A stretch of DNA of 64,000 nt from Candidatus Bipolaricaulota bacterium (GCA_035528115.1 DATKZF010000003.1:22699-86698); one strand, 5' to 3'. Positions 52,868 to 63,758 are shown, numbered from the stretch's first letter. Translations and numbers: made by a program. The notes: generated from the letters alone by a model not told the origin.

Positions 52868-53782
52868 TTACACCTTTAGATACTTGCTGATGGCCAGGCC
52901 GCTGCTGAAAATAGTCAAAAATACCGCGCCGAGCAATTCAAGACCGAAAATAACGAAGAAATGGCTGTTGAAATAAGTGAGCAAATCAAAACCGTAATCC
53001 GCCAAAAGATTACTGAAATACGGCTGCATTAAACCTAGCAGCGGATATAAAATGACCACGGACAAAACAACGCTCAAAACAGCGTAAATTATACTGCTTA
53101 TTAAAAACGGAGTTCTGATGAACCAATTTGTGGCGCCGACTAGCCGCATGACTCCGATCTCTTCCTTATGAGTGTAAATAATCACCCTGATCGCGTTATA
53201 AACAATCAAAACGGCGATAAGGCCGAATATGGCGCTCATGGCCAGGCCGAATCTCTCCACTTTGCCGGTCACGCTGTTTATTCTGTCAATAATCAATCGA
53301 TGATCCGCAAAATCCTTGTCCTGAATCAAATCCTCAAAATCCGGATTTTCAAGCAAGGCCAAAACCGCGTCATAATCATCCGCGGAATTCGCTTTGACTA
53401 TAATGGAATTCAATAACGGATTTTCTCCTATTTCCGAAAGCGTCTCGTTTATTTTTTGGTCGTCCTGGTGTTTCTCTTTGAATTTTTCCAGCGCCTCTTC
53501 TTTGGAAACAAAAACGACTTCTTTCACTTGCGGCGCTTCTCGCAGCTTGGCCGATAAATTTTCTATTTCCGCTTGGCTCGCCGATTCGGTAAAAAACACG
53601 CTGACATCGATTTTATCCTGAACCGAAGAGATGACTTCATCTGTCATGGCATTCATTAATATCAAAACGTTGACTGACAGCAGCGCCAAAGTCAAAATAC
53701 TGACTGTTACCAGTGAAAGCCAAATATTGCGATAGAAATCCTGAACCGCGAATTTTATTATGCGAAAAGCGGCGACAAACAT
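52868..53782 (-). CDS. ftsX: Cell division permease FtsX
   Basis: SKEEAL, NPL, EIGVMRLVGA..WFIR.PF. Confidence 0.93.
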   Translation of the reverse strand: MFVAAFRIIKFAVQDFYRNIWLSLVTVSILTLALLSVNVLILMNAMTDEVISSVQDKIDVSVFFTESASQAEIENLSAKLREAPQVKEVVFVSKEEALEKFKEKHQDDQKINETLSEIGENPLLNSIIVKANSADDYDAVLALLENPDFEDLIQDKDFADHRLIIDRINSVTGKVERFGLAMSAIFGLIAVLIVYNAIRVIIYTHKEEIGVMRLVGATNWFIRTPFLISSIIYAVLSVVLSVVILYPLLGLMQPYFSNLLADYGFDLLTYFNSHFFVIFGLELLGAVFLTIFSSGLAISKYLKV

Positions 53783-53786
53783 ATTT

Positions 53787-53864
53787 TAGTTAAAGTGGTT
53801 AGAAGAGTTAAAGTAGTTAGAATAGTTCGATTTTAACTCTTTTAACTAATCTAACTTTTATAAC
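53787..53864. repeat. Stutter inverted repeat (RGTTA/TAACY), empty
   Basis: 9-nt period arms filling the ftsE-ftsX junction. Confidence 0.72.
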
Positions 53865-53870
53865 CGCGAA

Positions 53871-54551
53871 CTATAAAATATAACGACCGTGTTTTTGATC
53901 GCTGACGATCCTCCCTTTATCCAAAGTAATTACTCTTTGTTTTAATAAATTAACTATTTCCCGATTGTGCGTGACCAATAAAACAGTGGTGCCGAGTTCA
54001 TTTATCTTCACCAATAAATCAATTATTTCTTTGCTATTGATGGAATCCAAATTACCCGTCGGCTCATCCGCCAAAAGTATCTTCGGACGATGAATCAACG
54101 CTCTGGCAATGGCTACGCGTTGCTGTTCGCCTCCCGAGAGCTGTCTCGGGTATCGACCCAGCTTATCTTCCAAACCGACGACTTTCAAAATTTGCGGCAC
54201 GATCTTTTTTATTTTGCCGTGCGGCGCGCCGCAGACCTCAAGCGCGAAGGCGATATTTTCAAAAATAGTTTTTTTCGGCAATAATTTAAAATCCTGAAAA
54301 ATGACCCCTATTTGCCGGCGTAAAATGGAAATATCGCGATATTTAATATTGGTGATATTCCAGCCTCCCACGTAAATCTCTCCCTTGGTCGGTTTTTCCT
54401 CGGCGGTCAACATTTTCACCAAAGTGGTTTTGCCGGTGCCGCTCTGGCCGACGATTGACACAAACTCACGCGGCTTGATATGCAAATTAATGCCGCTAAG
54501 CGCTTTGGAATTCGCGATATATTGTTTGGTTACCCCCTTGAATCGTATCAT
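53871..54551 (-). CDS. ftsE: Cell division ATP-binding protein FtsE
   Basis: GQSGTGKT, FQDFKLL, LSGGEQQR, ADEPTGNLD. Confidence 0.95.
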   Translation of the reverse strand: MIRFKGVTKQYIANSKALSGINLHIKPREFVSIVGQSGTGKTTLVKMLTAEEKPTKGEIYVGGWNITNIKYRDISILRRQIGVIFQDFKLLPKKTIFENIAFALEVCGAPHGKIKKIVPQILKVVGLEDKLGRYPRQLSGGEQQRVAIARALIHRPKILLADEPTGNLDSINSKEIIDLLVKINELGTTVLLVTHNREIVNLLKQRVITLDKGRIVSDQKHGRYIL

Positions 54552-54577
54552 AAAGAAAATTGAATATTTCAAAACTT

Positions 54578-55369
54578 TTATTCCGCCAATTTCTCCAATT
54601 CGACTCTGACATTGGGCAAGATTCCCATGCGCGTCGAACCTATTTGAGAAAACGCCACTTTATCCAAATCAATCACGCGCTCCGGAAAAATATTTCGTTC
54701 CGGTCCGAAGTCATTGACTCTGACGATAATTGATTTATCATTGTCCAAATTCGTGACTTTAAGCAAACTGCCTTTTGGATAATCCGGAGACGCCGCGCAG
54801 TCGCAATCTTTGTAAGCGTACCAGCTGGCTTGTCCGAATTCCATTTTGCCCGTGGAATCCGTCCTGGTTAAAACGACCAATCTGGCGTACGGCAAATGAA
54901 AAGCCGCTTTGACGATTGCATCTCCGGCGCTGGCCGAAGGCAATTCCTGCCAAACCGCGTCCACGCCATTCCAAAAATAAATTCTTTTCTTCTGGGTCTC
55001 CGGCCTGAAAGTGCGCATGGTAACCCATACAGGTTTTTCATCGTTGAAATATTCTTTATTTTTTACATCAAATTCATACACATCGCTTAAAGACTCAAAC
55101 CCTTCGGGGAAATCAAACATTTCCCTGCTCAATTGCTTGGTGACGACCTCGGTCGGAGAATTCAAAACATCCGGAGTCAGGCCGACGCGAAACACCTGAT
55201 CCATGCTGGTGATGGTATAACCTTTGCTGATAGTCGCTTGATCTATGAATAAATTATTGATAATGGGATCGAAAGCGCCGGCGTCAACCGGGGTTGTCGC
55301 CCAAAACAAAGCGACAATCAAAATCATTGAAATAAAAAGCTTTTGTGAGGTCATAATTGATTTTTTCAT
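54578..55369 (-). CDS. RlpA-like double-psi beta-barrel protein
   Basis: GQASWY...VTNLDN..IIVRVNDFGP..RVIDL. Confidence 0.85.
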   Translation of the reverse strand: MKKSIMTSQKLFISMILIVALFWATTPVDAGAFDPIINNLFIDQATISKGYTITSMDQVFRVGLTPDVLNSPTEVVTKQLSREMFDFPEGFESLSDVYEFDVKNKEYFNDEKPVWVTMRTFRPETQKKRIYFWNGVDAVWQELPSASAGDAIVKAAFHLPYARLVVLTRTDSTGKMEFGQASWYAYKDCDCAASPDYPKGSLLKVTNLDNDKSIIVRVNDFGPERNIFPERVIDLDKVAFSQIGSTRMGILPNVRVELEKLAE

Positions 55370-55484
55370 AAATCAATGTATAATAATTACTATTATGCCG
55401 AGATAGCTCCCGCCTTCGCCAAGGCTTCGTCGAGCAGGCGACTGGAGCAGCCCAGAATAGGGAGCGATTTTTTCTAAAACTTTT

Positions 55485-55560
55485 GCCTGAGTAGCTCAGT
55501 TGGTAGAGCAATGCTTTCGTAAAGCAGAGGTCGGAGGTTCGATCCCTCTCTCAGGCTCCA
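55485..55560 (+). tRNA. tRNA-Thr(CGT)
   Basis: GCCTGAG acceptor stem, TAGCTCAGTTGGTAGAGC, anticodon CGT, GGTTCGATCCC, CCA. Confidence 0.93.
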
Positions 55561-55589
55561 ACACGTAAAATTCCTATAACGGGATTTTT

Positions 55590-56561
55590 TTATTTGACGA
55601 ATTTTCTGACTTTGCTGTTGGAAATGTAATCGACCAAATAAGCTTCGAAATCCGAAATTCTGATGAAAATGTCATAAACAAAAGCCTCATCTCCGCCTTC
55701 GCTTCGCTTATCCGTAATTTTAATGATATGAAATCCTTGTTCCGTTTCAATCAAGTCGCTCGTGTCCCCGACCTCCATTGCCATTACCGCGTCTTGCAAA
55801 GCCTTCGGCAACATATCAGCTGACACCCAACCCACTTCGCCACCGAGAGGCGCGAACCTTGAATCCTGACTGTATTTTTTAGCTAAATCCTCAAACGACT
55901 CTTTGCCTTTCTGAACCAATTTCAAAACTTCCTGAGCCAATTTGCGCGGCTCTTTTTTAATATCTTCGTTTTCCGCATATTTTTCGGCAACGCGCTCTTG
56001 ATACACGGAACTCAAAACCATTTCATTAAAAAACGTGTCAAAATCAATACCCACGGCTTCAAGGAACTTGGAATCCACTTCTTCTTTGGTGCCGCCGATC
56101 TCGGTCACCGCCTTTTCTTTTTCCGCCGCAATATCGTCATAACTCAATTTAACATCGAACTTATCAGCCAACTGCATGATAACTTTATCATGGATCAATT
56201 TATCCATCACCGTCTCTTTCAATTCCAGCTCTTGCTCGGACGTTAATTCCGGCTGCTGCTTGGCCACCAGCAACTTGAAATTCTCCAACTCCTTATAATA
56301 ATCGTGCAAGCTGACAATACGATAATTTACCAAAACCGCCGGATAAGGCACGTTGCTCGTCAGCTTATTCAGATAAACATTACTAACGCCGTATTTATAC
56401 GCCAACAGACCAGAAGACAAAACGGCGCAAACCGCGAAAACAATCAGCAGCAACGCCGCCAACGCGTGATGCTTATGAATGAATCCGAAAATCTTTTTTG
56501 TTTCCTTTTTGGCAGAATCTACTTTCTCGGTCGTCAAAATTGATTTATTTTCATTTTCCAT
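55590..56561 (-). CDS. PrsA/SurA-like parvulin peptidylprolyl isomerase
   Basis: FEDLAKKYSQD..GGEVGW...ETEQGFHII. Confidence 0.9.
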   Translation of the reverse strand: MENENKSILTTEKVDSAKKETKKIFGFIHKHHALAALLLIVFAVCAVLSSGLLAYKYGVSNVYLNKLTSNVPYPAVLVNYRIVSLHDYYKELENFKLLVAKQQPELTSEQELELKETVMDKLIHDKVIMQLADKFDVKLSYDDIAAEKEKAVTEIGGTKEEVDSKFLEAVGIDFDTFFNEMVLSSVYQERVAEKYAENEDIKKEPRKLAQEVLKLVQKGKESFEDLAKKYSQDSRFAPLGGEVGWVSADMLPKALQDAVMAMEVGDTSDLIETEQGFHIIKITDKRSEGGDEAFVYDIFIRISDFEAYLVDYISNSKVRKFVK

Positions 56562-56567
56562 AATTTT

Positions 56568-56993
56568 TTATGATACTTTATCTCCAAAAAAATAATCCCA
56601 CCATAATTTCACATTGCTTTTGCCGCTTAGCGTCTCCGACGCGGAGGAATTGATTCCGTTGGGACCGTTCACCGACAAGTCGGGAGGAACGTTGTCTTCG
56701 TTAGTTTTTATTAAAACGACTTTCTCTCCTCTTTTTTTGTAATTGAAGTTTTCTCTGGCTGCCTGCTCAATAAATTCCTGCGAATTGTAATTATCGATTA
56801 ACGTGATAAATTCGTCCTGTTCTATTTTCAAACGATCAATTTCTTTTTCCAAGTCTGAAATCTCTTTATCCAATTGATGTTTGTGGATAAACTCCCTGCT
56901 GGCAGCCACTGAAAAAAGGGCAATTAAAACCAGCCCCGAAATAATCAATATTTTTGAGTTGAATTTTCCAAAAAATGTCTTTTTCTCCAACAT
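56568..56993 (-). CDS. Septum formation initiator (FtsB/DivIC family)
   Basis: TM, coiled coil, EQAARENFNY.K.GE. Confidence 0.85.
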   Translation of the reverse strand: MLEKKTFFGKFNSKILIISGLVLIALFSVAASREFIHKHQLDKEISDLEKEIDRLKIEQDEFITLIDNYNSQEFIEQAARENFNYKKRGEKVVLIKTNEDNVPPDLSVNGPNGINSSASETLSGKSNVKLWWDYFFGDKVS

Positions 56994-57024
56994 GCATTAA
57001 TTATAGCAGAATCGACAACAAGCT

Positions 57025-57750
57025 TCAAATCGATTCCTCTTTCCAATAATCCTCAAGAAATTGATCACGATTTTTCCCTTTATTTTTTGATTTATCTTCA
57101 TTTTTTTCTTCCGCAGCCGGTTCTTTTTTGAGGCGAGAATATATTTTCTTTCGCTCGGTTTCGGGCAAACGTTCGATGCGGGAAAGGATATCTTCGGTTT
57201 CTTCATCCGGGCTTTCCGCCTCATCAGCCTCTTTGGGCTCGACCGCCGATTTTTTTTCAGTTGATTTTTCAATCAAGGTCAATAATAATTTCTGGAGATC
57301 TTCCACGTCCTTGAGATTATAAAGCTCGATCGGATGTTCATTGCCGAAAAACAATATTTCGAGATTGCCGTATTTAAACATTGTCTGCCATAAGCCTTTG
57401 GTGGCGCAAGCGATCTCCCGAATTTGCTCAAAAGGGTATGATGATACTTTCTTTGTAAAAAGACCTTGCTGATCGAAATCAATAATTCTTTTACTGGTAA
57501 TAATAAAGGCGTTCTTATGCCAGAAAAAAACCACTTTCAAAACGTAAAAAACGCTGATGGCCAAAACCGCCAAGAAAATAATACCGCCGATCGCTCCGTT
57601 TTTGAATAAGAAAAACAGCAGAAAAAAATCAATGACAATTATGGCGAAACTGATCAATAAGTGCGGCAAAAAAACCAAAAAGTGATGGCGAACTTTCAAA
57701 ATATAATCCTCATCTTCTTCCAATTTGTAAGGCAATTGAAATTTGGTCAT
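57025..57750 (-). CDS. Membrane protein with bacterial PH domain
   Basis: Two TMs, IITSKRIID.DQ.GLF...GLWQTMFKYG. Confidence 0.78.
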   Translation of the reverse strand: MTKFQLPYKLEEDEDYILKVRHHFLVFLPHLLISFAIIVIDFFLLFFLFKNGAIGGIIFLAVLAISVFYVLKVVFFWHKNAFIITSKRIIDFDQQGLFTKKVSSYPFEQIREIACATKGLWQTMFKYGNLEILFFGNEHPIELYNLKDVEDLQKLLLTLIEKSTEKKSAVEPKEADEAESPDEETEDILSRIERLPETERKKIYSRLKKEPAAEEKNEDKSKNKGKNRDQFLEDYWKEESI

Positions 57751-57758
57751 AAAATATA

Positions 57759-60398
57759 TCATTTATTTCTTCTGATAAAAATATATTTGGCTATTTCTAT
57801 ACCAACAACTTTTATCGCGGACAAAGCCACCAACATTAGCCAATCAAAACCGTTCAAAGGAATGAAACTGAAAATATTTTGAGTCACCGGAACGTAAATC
57901 GGAGCCGCGAGCATTAACGTCCCGAAAGCGACCGCAACCAAAAGCCATTTATTTGACCAAAGCTTTATTTTCAAAATGGATTGCGTCAAACTGCGGCAAC
58001 TGAAAATGTAAAACATGGTGTCGAGGCCGAGCGCGGCAAACATGAATGTTCTCAAATGCCCGATTTCTATTTTGGCGATATTGTAAAGATACAGGAACAA
58101 TCCAAACAACACCAGATCGGTTAGAATTCCTATAATAAAAATAATTACCGTCATTTCTTTATCCAAAATCTTCGCGGTTTTTTTCTGCGGCGGCTCTAGC
58201 ATCACGCCCTTTTCTTCTTTCTCTTGCGTCAGGGAAGCCGCCGGGAAACTGTCACTGACCAAATTAACCCATAAAATTTGCGCCGCGGTCAGCGGCAAGG
58301 GCAAGCCGAACAACAAACTGCCGAAAAGAAGCACCACCTCGGTGAAAGAATCCGTCAACAAATAAACCACGACTTTTTTTATATTGGCAAAAATGACTCT
58401 GCCCTCTTTAATGGCATGGACGATAGTCGCCAAATTATTGTTCAATAAAATCAGATCGGCGGTTTGCTTGGTAATTTCCGAACCGGCGCCGACCGCGATG
58501 CCGATATCCGCCGCCTTTAAAGCCGGCGCGTCATTGACGCCGTCGCCCGTCATGGCCACCACTTCTCCGACAGCTTGGTATGCTTGAACTATTTTATATT
58601 TATCGACAGGGCTGACTCTGGCGAAAACATTGATGCTTGATATTTCTTTTTTCAAATTAGCCGCGGAAAGCTTGGCCAGCCGCTCCCCGTTCATCACGCT
58701 TTTTTCAGTAACCGAGAGTCCGATTTCCTTGGCGATGGCCGTAGCGGTCAGCACGTGATCTCCGGTAATCATCACTATTTTTATGCCGGCTCGCTCAATT
58801 GTTTTCACCGTTTTTTTCACGTCTTTTCTCAAGGCGTCGGAAATTATGAAATAACCCAAAAACACAAAATTGCCATTTTGGGAAATGCCGTTTTTCCCAA
58901 TCTCCTGATCTTTGTACGCCGCGGCCAAAACGCGATAACCGGATTTACCGAACACGACGAATTTATCGGTCAATTGACGGCGAATGTCTTCGGTCAGCCG
59001 CTCGGCTCGAGCATTTTGATAATGCGAACATTTTTTTAAAACCACTTCCGGCGCGCCCTTGCAAAAGACTCTGTTCGAACCGGATGAAAGTTTGTTCAAA
59101 GTGAACATGATTTTGGTTTTTGAAGAAAAAGGAACTTCGGAAATTCTGGCATATTTTTTCTGCCAGAGCTGGACATTCAGTTTGCTCGACGCGGCCGCGA
59201 AAAAAATGGCTTTTTCAGTCGGAGAACCGATAATTTTCCATTGACTCATTCTTTTTTTCGGATCAATCACCGCCGAATTATTGCACAAGACTCCTGCTTG
59301 AAACAAAAATTTTTCAACTTCATTCAAGCGATGACCGTCAAGCTTCAAATCTCTTGAAAAAGTGCTGATGGTCGTCACTTTCATGATGCCCGTTGTCAAA
59401 GTGCCTGTTTTATCAACGCATAAAACCGAAGTGCTGCCCAAGGTTTCCGCGGATACCAGTTTTCTGACCAAAGCTTTTTTCTTTAAAATTCTCTGCATGC
59501 CCGTGGCCAAAACCACGGTCATGGCCACGGGCAAGCCTTCCGGAATGGCGGAAACCGCCGAAGCCACGGACACGGCGAATATTTCAACAAAATCCCTGCC
59601 GGATAAAAGCCCGAACACGAAAATTATCAAAACCAAGGAAATCAAAGCCAAACCTATTTTTCTGCCAAAGGATCTGAGCTGAATTTGAAAAGGCGTCATT
59701 TCCTCTTCCGTTTTTTGCAAAATATCGGCGATTTGTCCGACTTTGGTTTTCATGCCGGTATTGACCACCACGGCCAACCCTGTGCCCTGAGCGATCAGAG
59801 TGCCCATGAAAACCATATTTTTTTGATCGCCGGTAATTAAATTTTTCTTGACCAGCGCCTGAGTAGTCTTAATCACCGGCGCGGCCTCTCCTGTTAAAAT
59901 GGCCTCCTGCGTTTGCAATTGATTGACTTCTATCAACCTGGCGTCCGCCGGCACTTTATTGCCCGCCTCAAGGTACAAAATATCTCCGGGCACGATCTCT
60001 TCCGATTCTATTTCCATTCTGTTCCCCGCTCGATACACCACGGCTTTTAATTTCAAAAACTTTTTCAATTCAAATAGCGATCGCTGAGCCTTGCTTTCTT
60101 GGATATAACCAACCAGAACATTCACGAAAACCGCGGCCAAAATCACGCCGAAATCCACCCATTCGGAAAATAACGCGGAAATCCCGGCGGCCGCGAGCAA
60201 AATTAAAATCAGCACGGATTTAAACTGTGAAAAAAACAATTTCAGCTCAGGCAACGGTCGCTCTTCCGACAATTTGTTAAATCCTTTGCTTTTCAATCTG
60301 GCTTTCGCTTCCCCGACCTCAAGGCCGCTTTTTTTTGTTTTTATTTGCTCGAAAATTTCTTGGACGGATAAATCGTACCAAGTTTTTTCTTTGGCCAT
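57759..60398 (-). CDS. Cation-transporting P-type ATPase (type IIA-like)
   Basis: LTGE, IPEGL, DKTGT, KGAPE, TGD, GDGVNDAPAL, QILWVNLV. Confidence 0.95.
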   Translation of the reverse strand: MAKEKTWYDLSVQEIFEQIKTKKSGLEVGEAKARLKSKGFNKLSEERPLPELKLFFSQFKSVLILILLAAAGISALFSEWVDFGVILAAVFVNVLVGYIQESKAQRSLFELKKFLKLKAVVYRAGNRMEIESEEIVPGDILYLEAGNKVPADARLIEVNQLQTQEAILTGEAAPVIKTTQALVKKNLITGDQKNMVFMGTLIAQGTGLAVVVNTGMKTKVGQIADILQKTEEEMTPFQIQLRSFGRKIGLALISLVLIIFVFGLLSGRDFVEIFAVSVASAVSAIPEGLPVAMTVVLATGMQRILKKKALVRKLVSAETLGSTSVLCVDKTGTLTTGIMKVTTISTFSRDLKLDGHRLNEVEKFLFQAGVLCNNSAVIDPKKRMSQWKIIGSPTEKAIFFAAASSKLNVQLWQKKYARISEVPFSSKTKIMFTLNKLSSGSNRVFCKGAPEVVLKKCSHYQNARAERLTEDIRRQLTDKFVVFGKSGYRVLAAAYKDQEIGKNGISQNGNFVFLGYFIISDALRKDVKKTVKTIERAGIKIVMITGDHVLTATAIAKEIGLSVTEKSVMNGERLAKLSAANLKKEISSINVFARVSPVDKYKIVQAYQAVGEVVAMTGDGVNDAPALKAADIGIAVGAGSEITKQTADLILLNNNLATIVHAIKEGRVIFANIKKVVVYLLTDSFTEVVLLFGSLLFGLPLPLTAAQILWVNLVSDSFPAASLTQEKEEKGVMLEPPQKKTAKILDKEMTVIIFIIGILTDLVLFGLFLYLYNIAKIEIGHLRTFMFAALGLDTMFYIFSCRSLTQSILKIKLWSNKWLLVAVAFGTLMLAAPIYVPVTQNIFSFIPLNGFDWLMLVALSAIKVVGIEIAKYIFIRRNK

Positions 60399-60497
60399 AT
60401 TTGATTATATTTTAACACATCGGTTTGTTTTTTTCATTAACTTATTAACTTTTTAAAATTTAAAAACTGTTGAAACTTTCAACAGTTTGTAGGCCTC

Positions 60498-60848
60498 CTA
60501 GTCGTCGTACGACGGCGGCGGGGCGAAATCTTCGACCTGCTGATCGATGGGAACTTCATCCCCGTCTGCCGGCAACGGCGGCGGCATGACCTCCTCCGCC
60601 TCGACCTCCTCGACCGCCTCAGGCGACTGATCCGCTCTCTCCGAAGATTTCGACACGGTCAGGCGCGTCGACGTGCCGATCGCGAGCTCGACAACGTAGC
60701 CTTCGTTTCTCAGGCCTTCGGCCAGAGCATTGGCTTCATCTTCAGTGATGGAAATGAAACCAATCGCAAGCGGCTTTTCCCCCCGCAATGACAGCCAGAC
60801 ACCGATCCTCCAATCGGCATACGCCCGATAATATCGAAGTCTATACAT
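60498..60848 (-). CDS. Hypothetical protein (GC-rich, SD-led orphan)
   Basis: AGGAGG before ATG; TTGACA-N17-TAAGAT upstream; palindromic terminator at about 60464-60488. Confidence 0.7.
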   Translation of the reverse strand: MYRLRYYRAYADWRIGVWLSLRGEKPLAIGFISITEDEANALAEGLRNEGYVVELAIGTSTRLTVSKSSERADQSPEAVEEVEAEEVMPPPLPADGDEVPIDQQVEDFAPPPSYDD

Positions 60849-61049
60849 GACTGTCCTCCTTGCCCGATTTTGGGCTGTTTCATATATATCTTAATATATA
60901 AATGAATTTTGTCAAATAAAAAAACAAACCTTAACGGTTTGTGACTTCGCCTCATTCAAATAATAGCATTACCGGATATATTCTCCGCTACTCATAGTAT
61001 GGCCGCGCCATCCGAAGCTCCGACGAACGGAGCGAGGAGGAGCGAAGGA

Positions 61050-61126
61050 TGGTGGGTCCTCTGGGATTCGAACCCAGGACGCCCAGCTTAAAAGGCTGGC
61101 GCTCTAACCGACTGAGCTAAGGACCC
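61050..61126 (-). tRNA. tRNA-Lys(TTT)
   Basis: GGGTCCT acceptor stem, CCAGC-CTTTTAA-GCTGG, GGTTCGAATCC, ACCA. Confidence 0.95.
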
Positions 61127-61251
61127 AAATAATCAAATCCTAAATCCTAATCTCTAAATACTAAACAAATTACAATATTCCAAATCTCAAATAAGCTCCA
61201 AATCCAAAATTCCAATACTGAATAAAATTATAAGGCACTTTTCACGGGTTG

Positions 61252-62319
61252 TCAATGCTTTTGGGCTGTTTTAGTCACTTTTTCAATAATTGCTTGATAT
61301 GAGGCATTGGCGTTTTTGGACAATATTTCGCCAATGTTTTTTGACAATTTTTGCCGCTCAGGGTCATTTTCAATCAATGCCTTTATTTCTTCTTTCAATT
61401 TTCGGACGGTCAAATCTCTTTCGGTCAAAACCTCGGCCGCTTCATGTTTTAAAAAATATTCGGAGTTCTTGATCTGATCTTTATTGGGCAAAGGAATCAA
61501 AATCGCGGGCTTGCCCAAAGCGGACAATTCCGTCAAAGCTCCAAAACCCGCTCTGGAAATGACCAAGTCCGCGACCGCGTACGCGTCAGCCAAATCTTCA
61601 TTCAAAAATTCAAAAGAATGATATCTTTGACTTTTGAAATCAATATTTTTACCCGGTCCGGTGACATGAATCACTTGGCAAAATTCAACCAATTCCGGCA
61701 AAGTTTGATTGATGATGTTGTTGATCGCCGTTGACCCCGTGCCGCCGCCGAGAACCAAAACGACGGGCAAGCCATTTTCCAAACCGAACCTTTCGGCCGC
61801 GGAATCCCTTGAACCTGAAAAAATATTTTTTCTAACCGGATTGCCGATGACAATCGTTTTTTTCTCGGAAAATTCTTTTTTTAATATTTCCAAACTGACG
61901 GTAATGATCGAAGCCAAAGGAGCCATTAATTTATTGGCCAGGCCGACCGTAAGATCCTGCTGATGAACAATGATTCTTTTTCTCAAGACAAATCCCGCGA
62001 AAGCCACGGGCACGCAGACGAAACCTCCGGCGGTTAAAATAAGATCGGGCTTGAATTTCAATATGACGAGCAAACTTTGAAAAAATCCGGCCGCAAAAAG
62101 AAAAGGAGCGGCCAATGTTTTCCAACTGAAATATCTTCTCAATTTCGCCGAACTTATGTCTTGGAACTTAACGCCCGCTTTTTCCACCACTCGCCTTTCC
62201 GGCCCGTTTTTCGTGCCCAGCCATAAAAACTCGGCCTCCTTCGACCGTAAATCGTCTTTAATGGCGATAAGCGGCATAACCGAACCCATTGTTCCTCCGC
62301 CGGACAGTAGTATTTTCAT
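61252..62319 (-). CDS. murG: Lipid I N-acetylglucosaminyltransferase MurG
   Basis: SGGGTMG, GGFV..P, GNPVR, GGGTGS, SRAG...EL. Confidence 0.93.
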   Translation of the reverse strand: MKILLSGGGTMGSVMPLIAIKDDLRSKEAEFLWLGTKNGPERRVVEKAGVKFQDISSAKLRRYFSWKTLAAPFLFAAGFFQSLLVILKFKPDLILTAGGFVCVPVAFAGFVLRKRIIVHQQDLTVGLANKLMAPLASIITVSLEILKKEFSEKKTIVIGNPVRKNIFSGSRDSAAERFGLENGLPVVLVLGGGTGSTAINNIINQTLPELVEFCQVIHVTGPGKNIDFKSQRYHSFEFLNEDLADAYAVADLVISRAGFGALTELSALGKPAILIPLPNKDQIKNSEYFLKHEAAEVLTERDLTVRKLKEEIKALIENDPERQKLSKNIGEILSKNANASYQAIIEKVTKTAQKH

Positions 62320-62446
62320 AAGATTATCAGTGATCAATAAATAGTAATGAATAATTTAAAAGGTGGTAGCTTATTAGCTTTTTAGGTTGTAGGTGGCCAC
62401 CTAACCAGCTAAGAAGCTACAACCTACAAGCTCGATCTAAAATAGC

Positions 62447-63169
62447 TCAACTGCCGTGCGCCAGCGCTAAAGCGCGCACTTCCTTGACCCCCGCGGCCTT
62501 TAACGACTTGGCCGCTTCGTTCATTGTTTGACCGGTGGTGAACACATCGTCAAATAAAAAAACTTTTTCAATCGCCGCTCCTTCGCGGGCGGAAAAAGCT
62601 TCCTTTATATTCTCAAAACGCTCGCTTTTAGTCAAATTGGCTTGATGAGCGGTGTTTTTTATCCGACAAAGCAAATCCGGACGAAAATTCATGTGCAACG
62701 CTTCGGCCACCTTTCGAGCGATCAATTCGGATTGATTAAATCCTCTTTCCAAAAATCTTTTTCGGTAAAGCGGAATCGGTATAATGATCTGATCGAACAG
62801 CGACGGAGAAATGTTTGATGACACAACGGCGTCAACGAACAATTTGGACAAATCAGCGGCCGCCTCCTCGACATAATCGAATTTGAGCAGTCTAATCAAT
62901 TCTTTGATCGCCCCATCGTATTTACCCATCACGAAAACGCCGTCCAAAAAAAATTCATTGCCGCATAATGGACAAAGTCGATTATCCGGCTTCGCCGGGC
63001 GGCCGCAAACAACGCATTGGTTTTCATTCGAAAAATCAATGGTTTTAAAACATTTTTTACACAAAAAAGATCCCTCCTCTTTGCAAACAACGCATTCTTT
63101 CGGAAAAACCAAATCCCAGAGGAGGGAGAATATTTTTTTAAACGGATTTTTATTGCCAATAAGCCGCAT
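62447..63169 (-). CDS. comF: ComF family competence protein
   Basis: Double zinc ribbon, RGFNQS, DDVFTTG. Confidence 0.92.
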   Translation of the reverse strand: MRLIGNKNPFKKIFSLLWDLVFPKECVVCKEEGSFLCKKCFKTIDFSNENQCVVCGRPAKPDNRLCPLCGNEFFLDGVFVMGKYDGAIKELIRLLKFDYVEEAAADLSKLFVDAVVSSNISPSLFDQIIIPIPLYRKRFLERGFNQSELIARKVAEALHMNFRPDLLCRIKNTAHQANLTKSERFENIKEAFSAREGAAIEKVFLFDDVFTTGQTMNEAAKSLKAAGVKEVRALALAHGS

Positions 63170-63743
63170 TGATTAACCATTCGCCGTTAACTTTCACGAA
63201 GGCCAATTTTAAATCTTGGTTAAAAACGCGAATTTCGCCATCCTTGGTTTCTTTTCTCTGAGTGGAGACGATAATAACCGCGCTGCTATCGCTTTGACTT
63301 TCAATTTTGGCTATCGGCGCGATGGTGGTTACTCCGTAATATACCTCGTCGGCAGCGTATTGAGCGGACAACTTTTTTTTCTGAGCGACCAACCAATCCT
63401 GCATTTGAGGCGTTGACAGCGCGGCCAAATCGTCCAAATTGGAAAATGAGCCTTGATTGGAAAAGCTGCCGAATCTTTCCGCGAATATTTTCGCGATATT
63501 CTGAGCCTGTTCAATGCCTTTTTCCTCAGCGGTCATCTCAGGCAAATCAAATGCCGGCCTATTTTCCACGGGCACGATCTGCTCTCTCGCGGGCGGCTTG
63601 GTTTCATCGATCACGCCCGGCTCGACAGGTTCTTGCCCCGCGTTTCTGAAGTATAAGAAGCCGAAAATTATGGCGCCGATGATTAAAACCGCGATAACTA
63701 CTAGAATTATAATTTTGGTTCCGATTGAATATTTTTCCATCAT
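63150..63743 (-). CDS. Membrane-anchored NTF2-like hypothetical protein
   Basis: N-terminal TM, FAERFGSFS, C-terminal VKVNGEWLINAAYW. Confidence 0.7.
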   Translation of the reverse strand: MMEKYSIGTKIIILVVIAVLIIGAIIFGFLYFRNAGQEPVEPGVIDETKPPAREQIVPVENRPAFDLPEMTAEEKGIEQAQNIAKIFAERFGSFSNQGSFSNLDDLAALSTPQMQDWLVAQKKKLSAQYAADEVYYGVTTIAPIAKIESQSDSSAVIIVSTQRKETKDGEIRVFNQDLKLAFVKVNGEWLINAAYWQ

Positions 63744-63758
63744 ATTTTAATCAATTAT

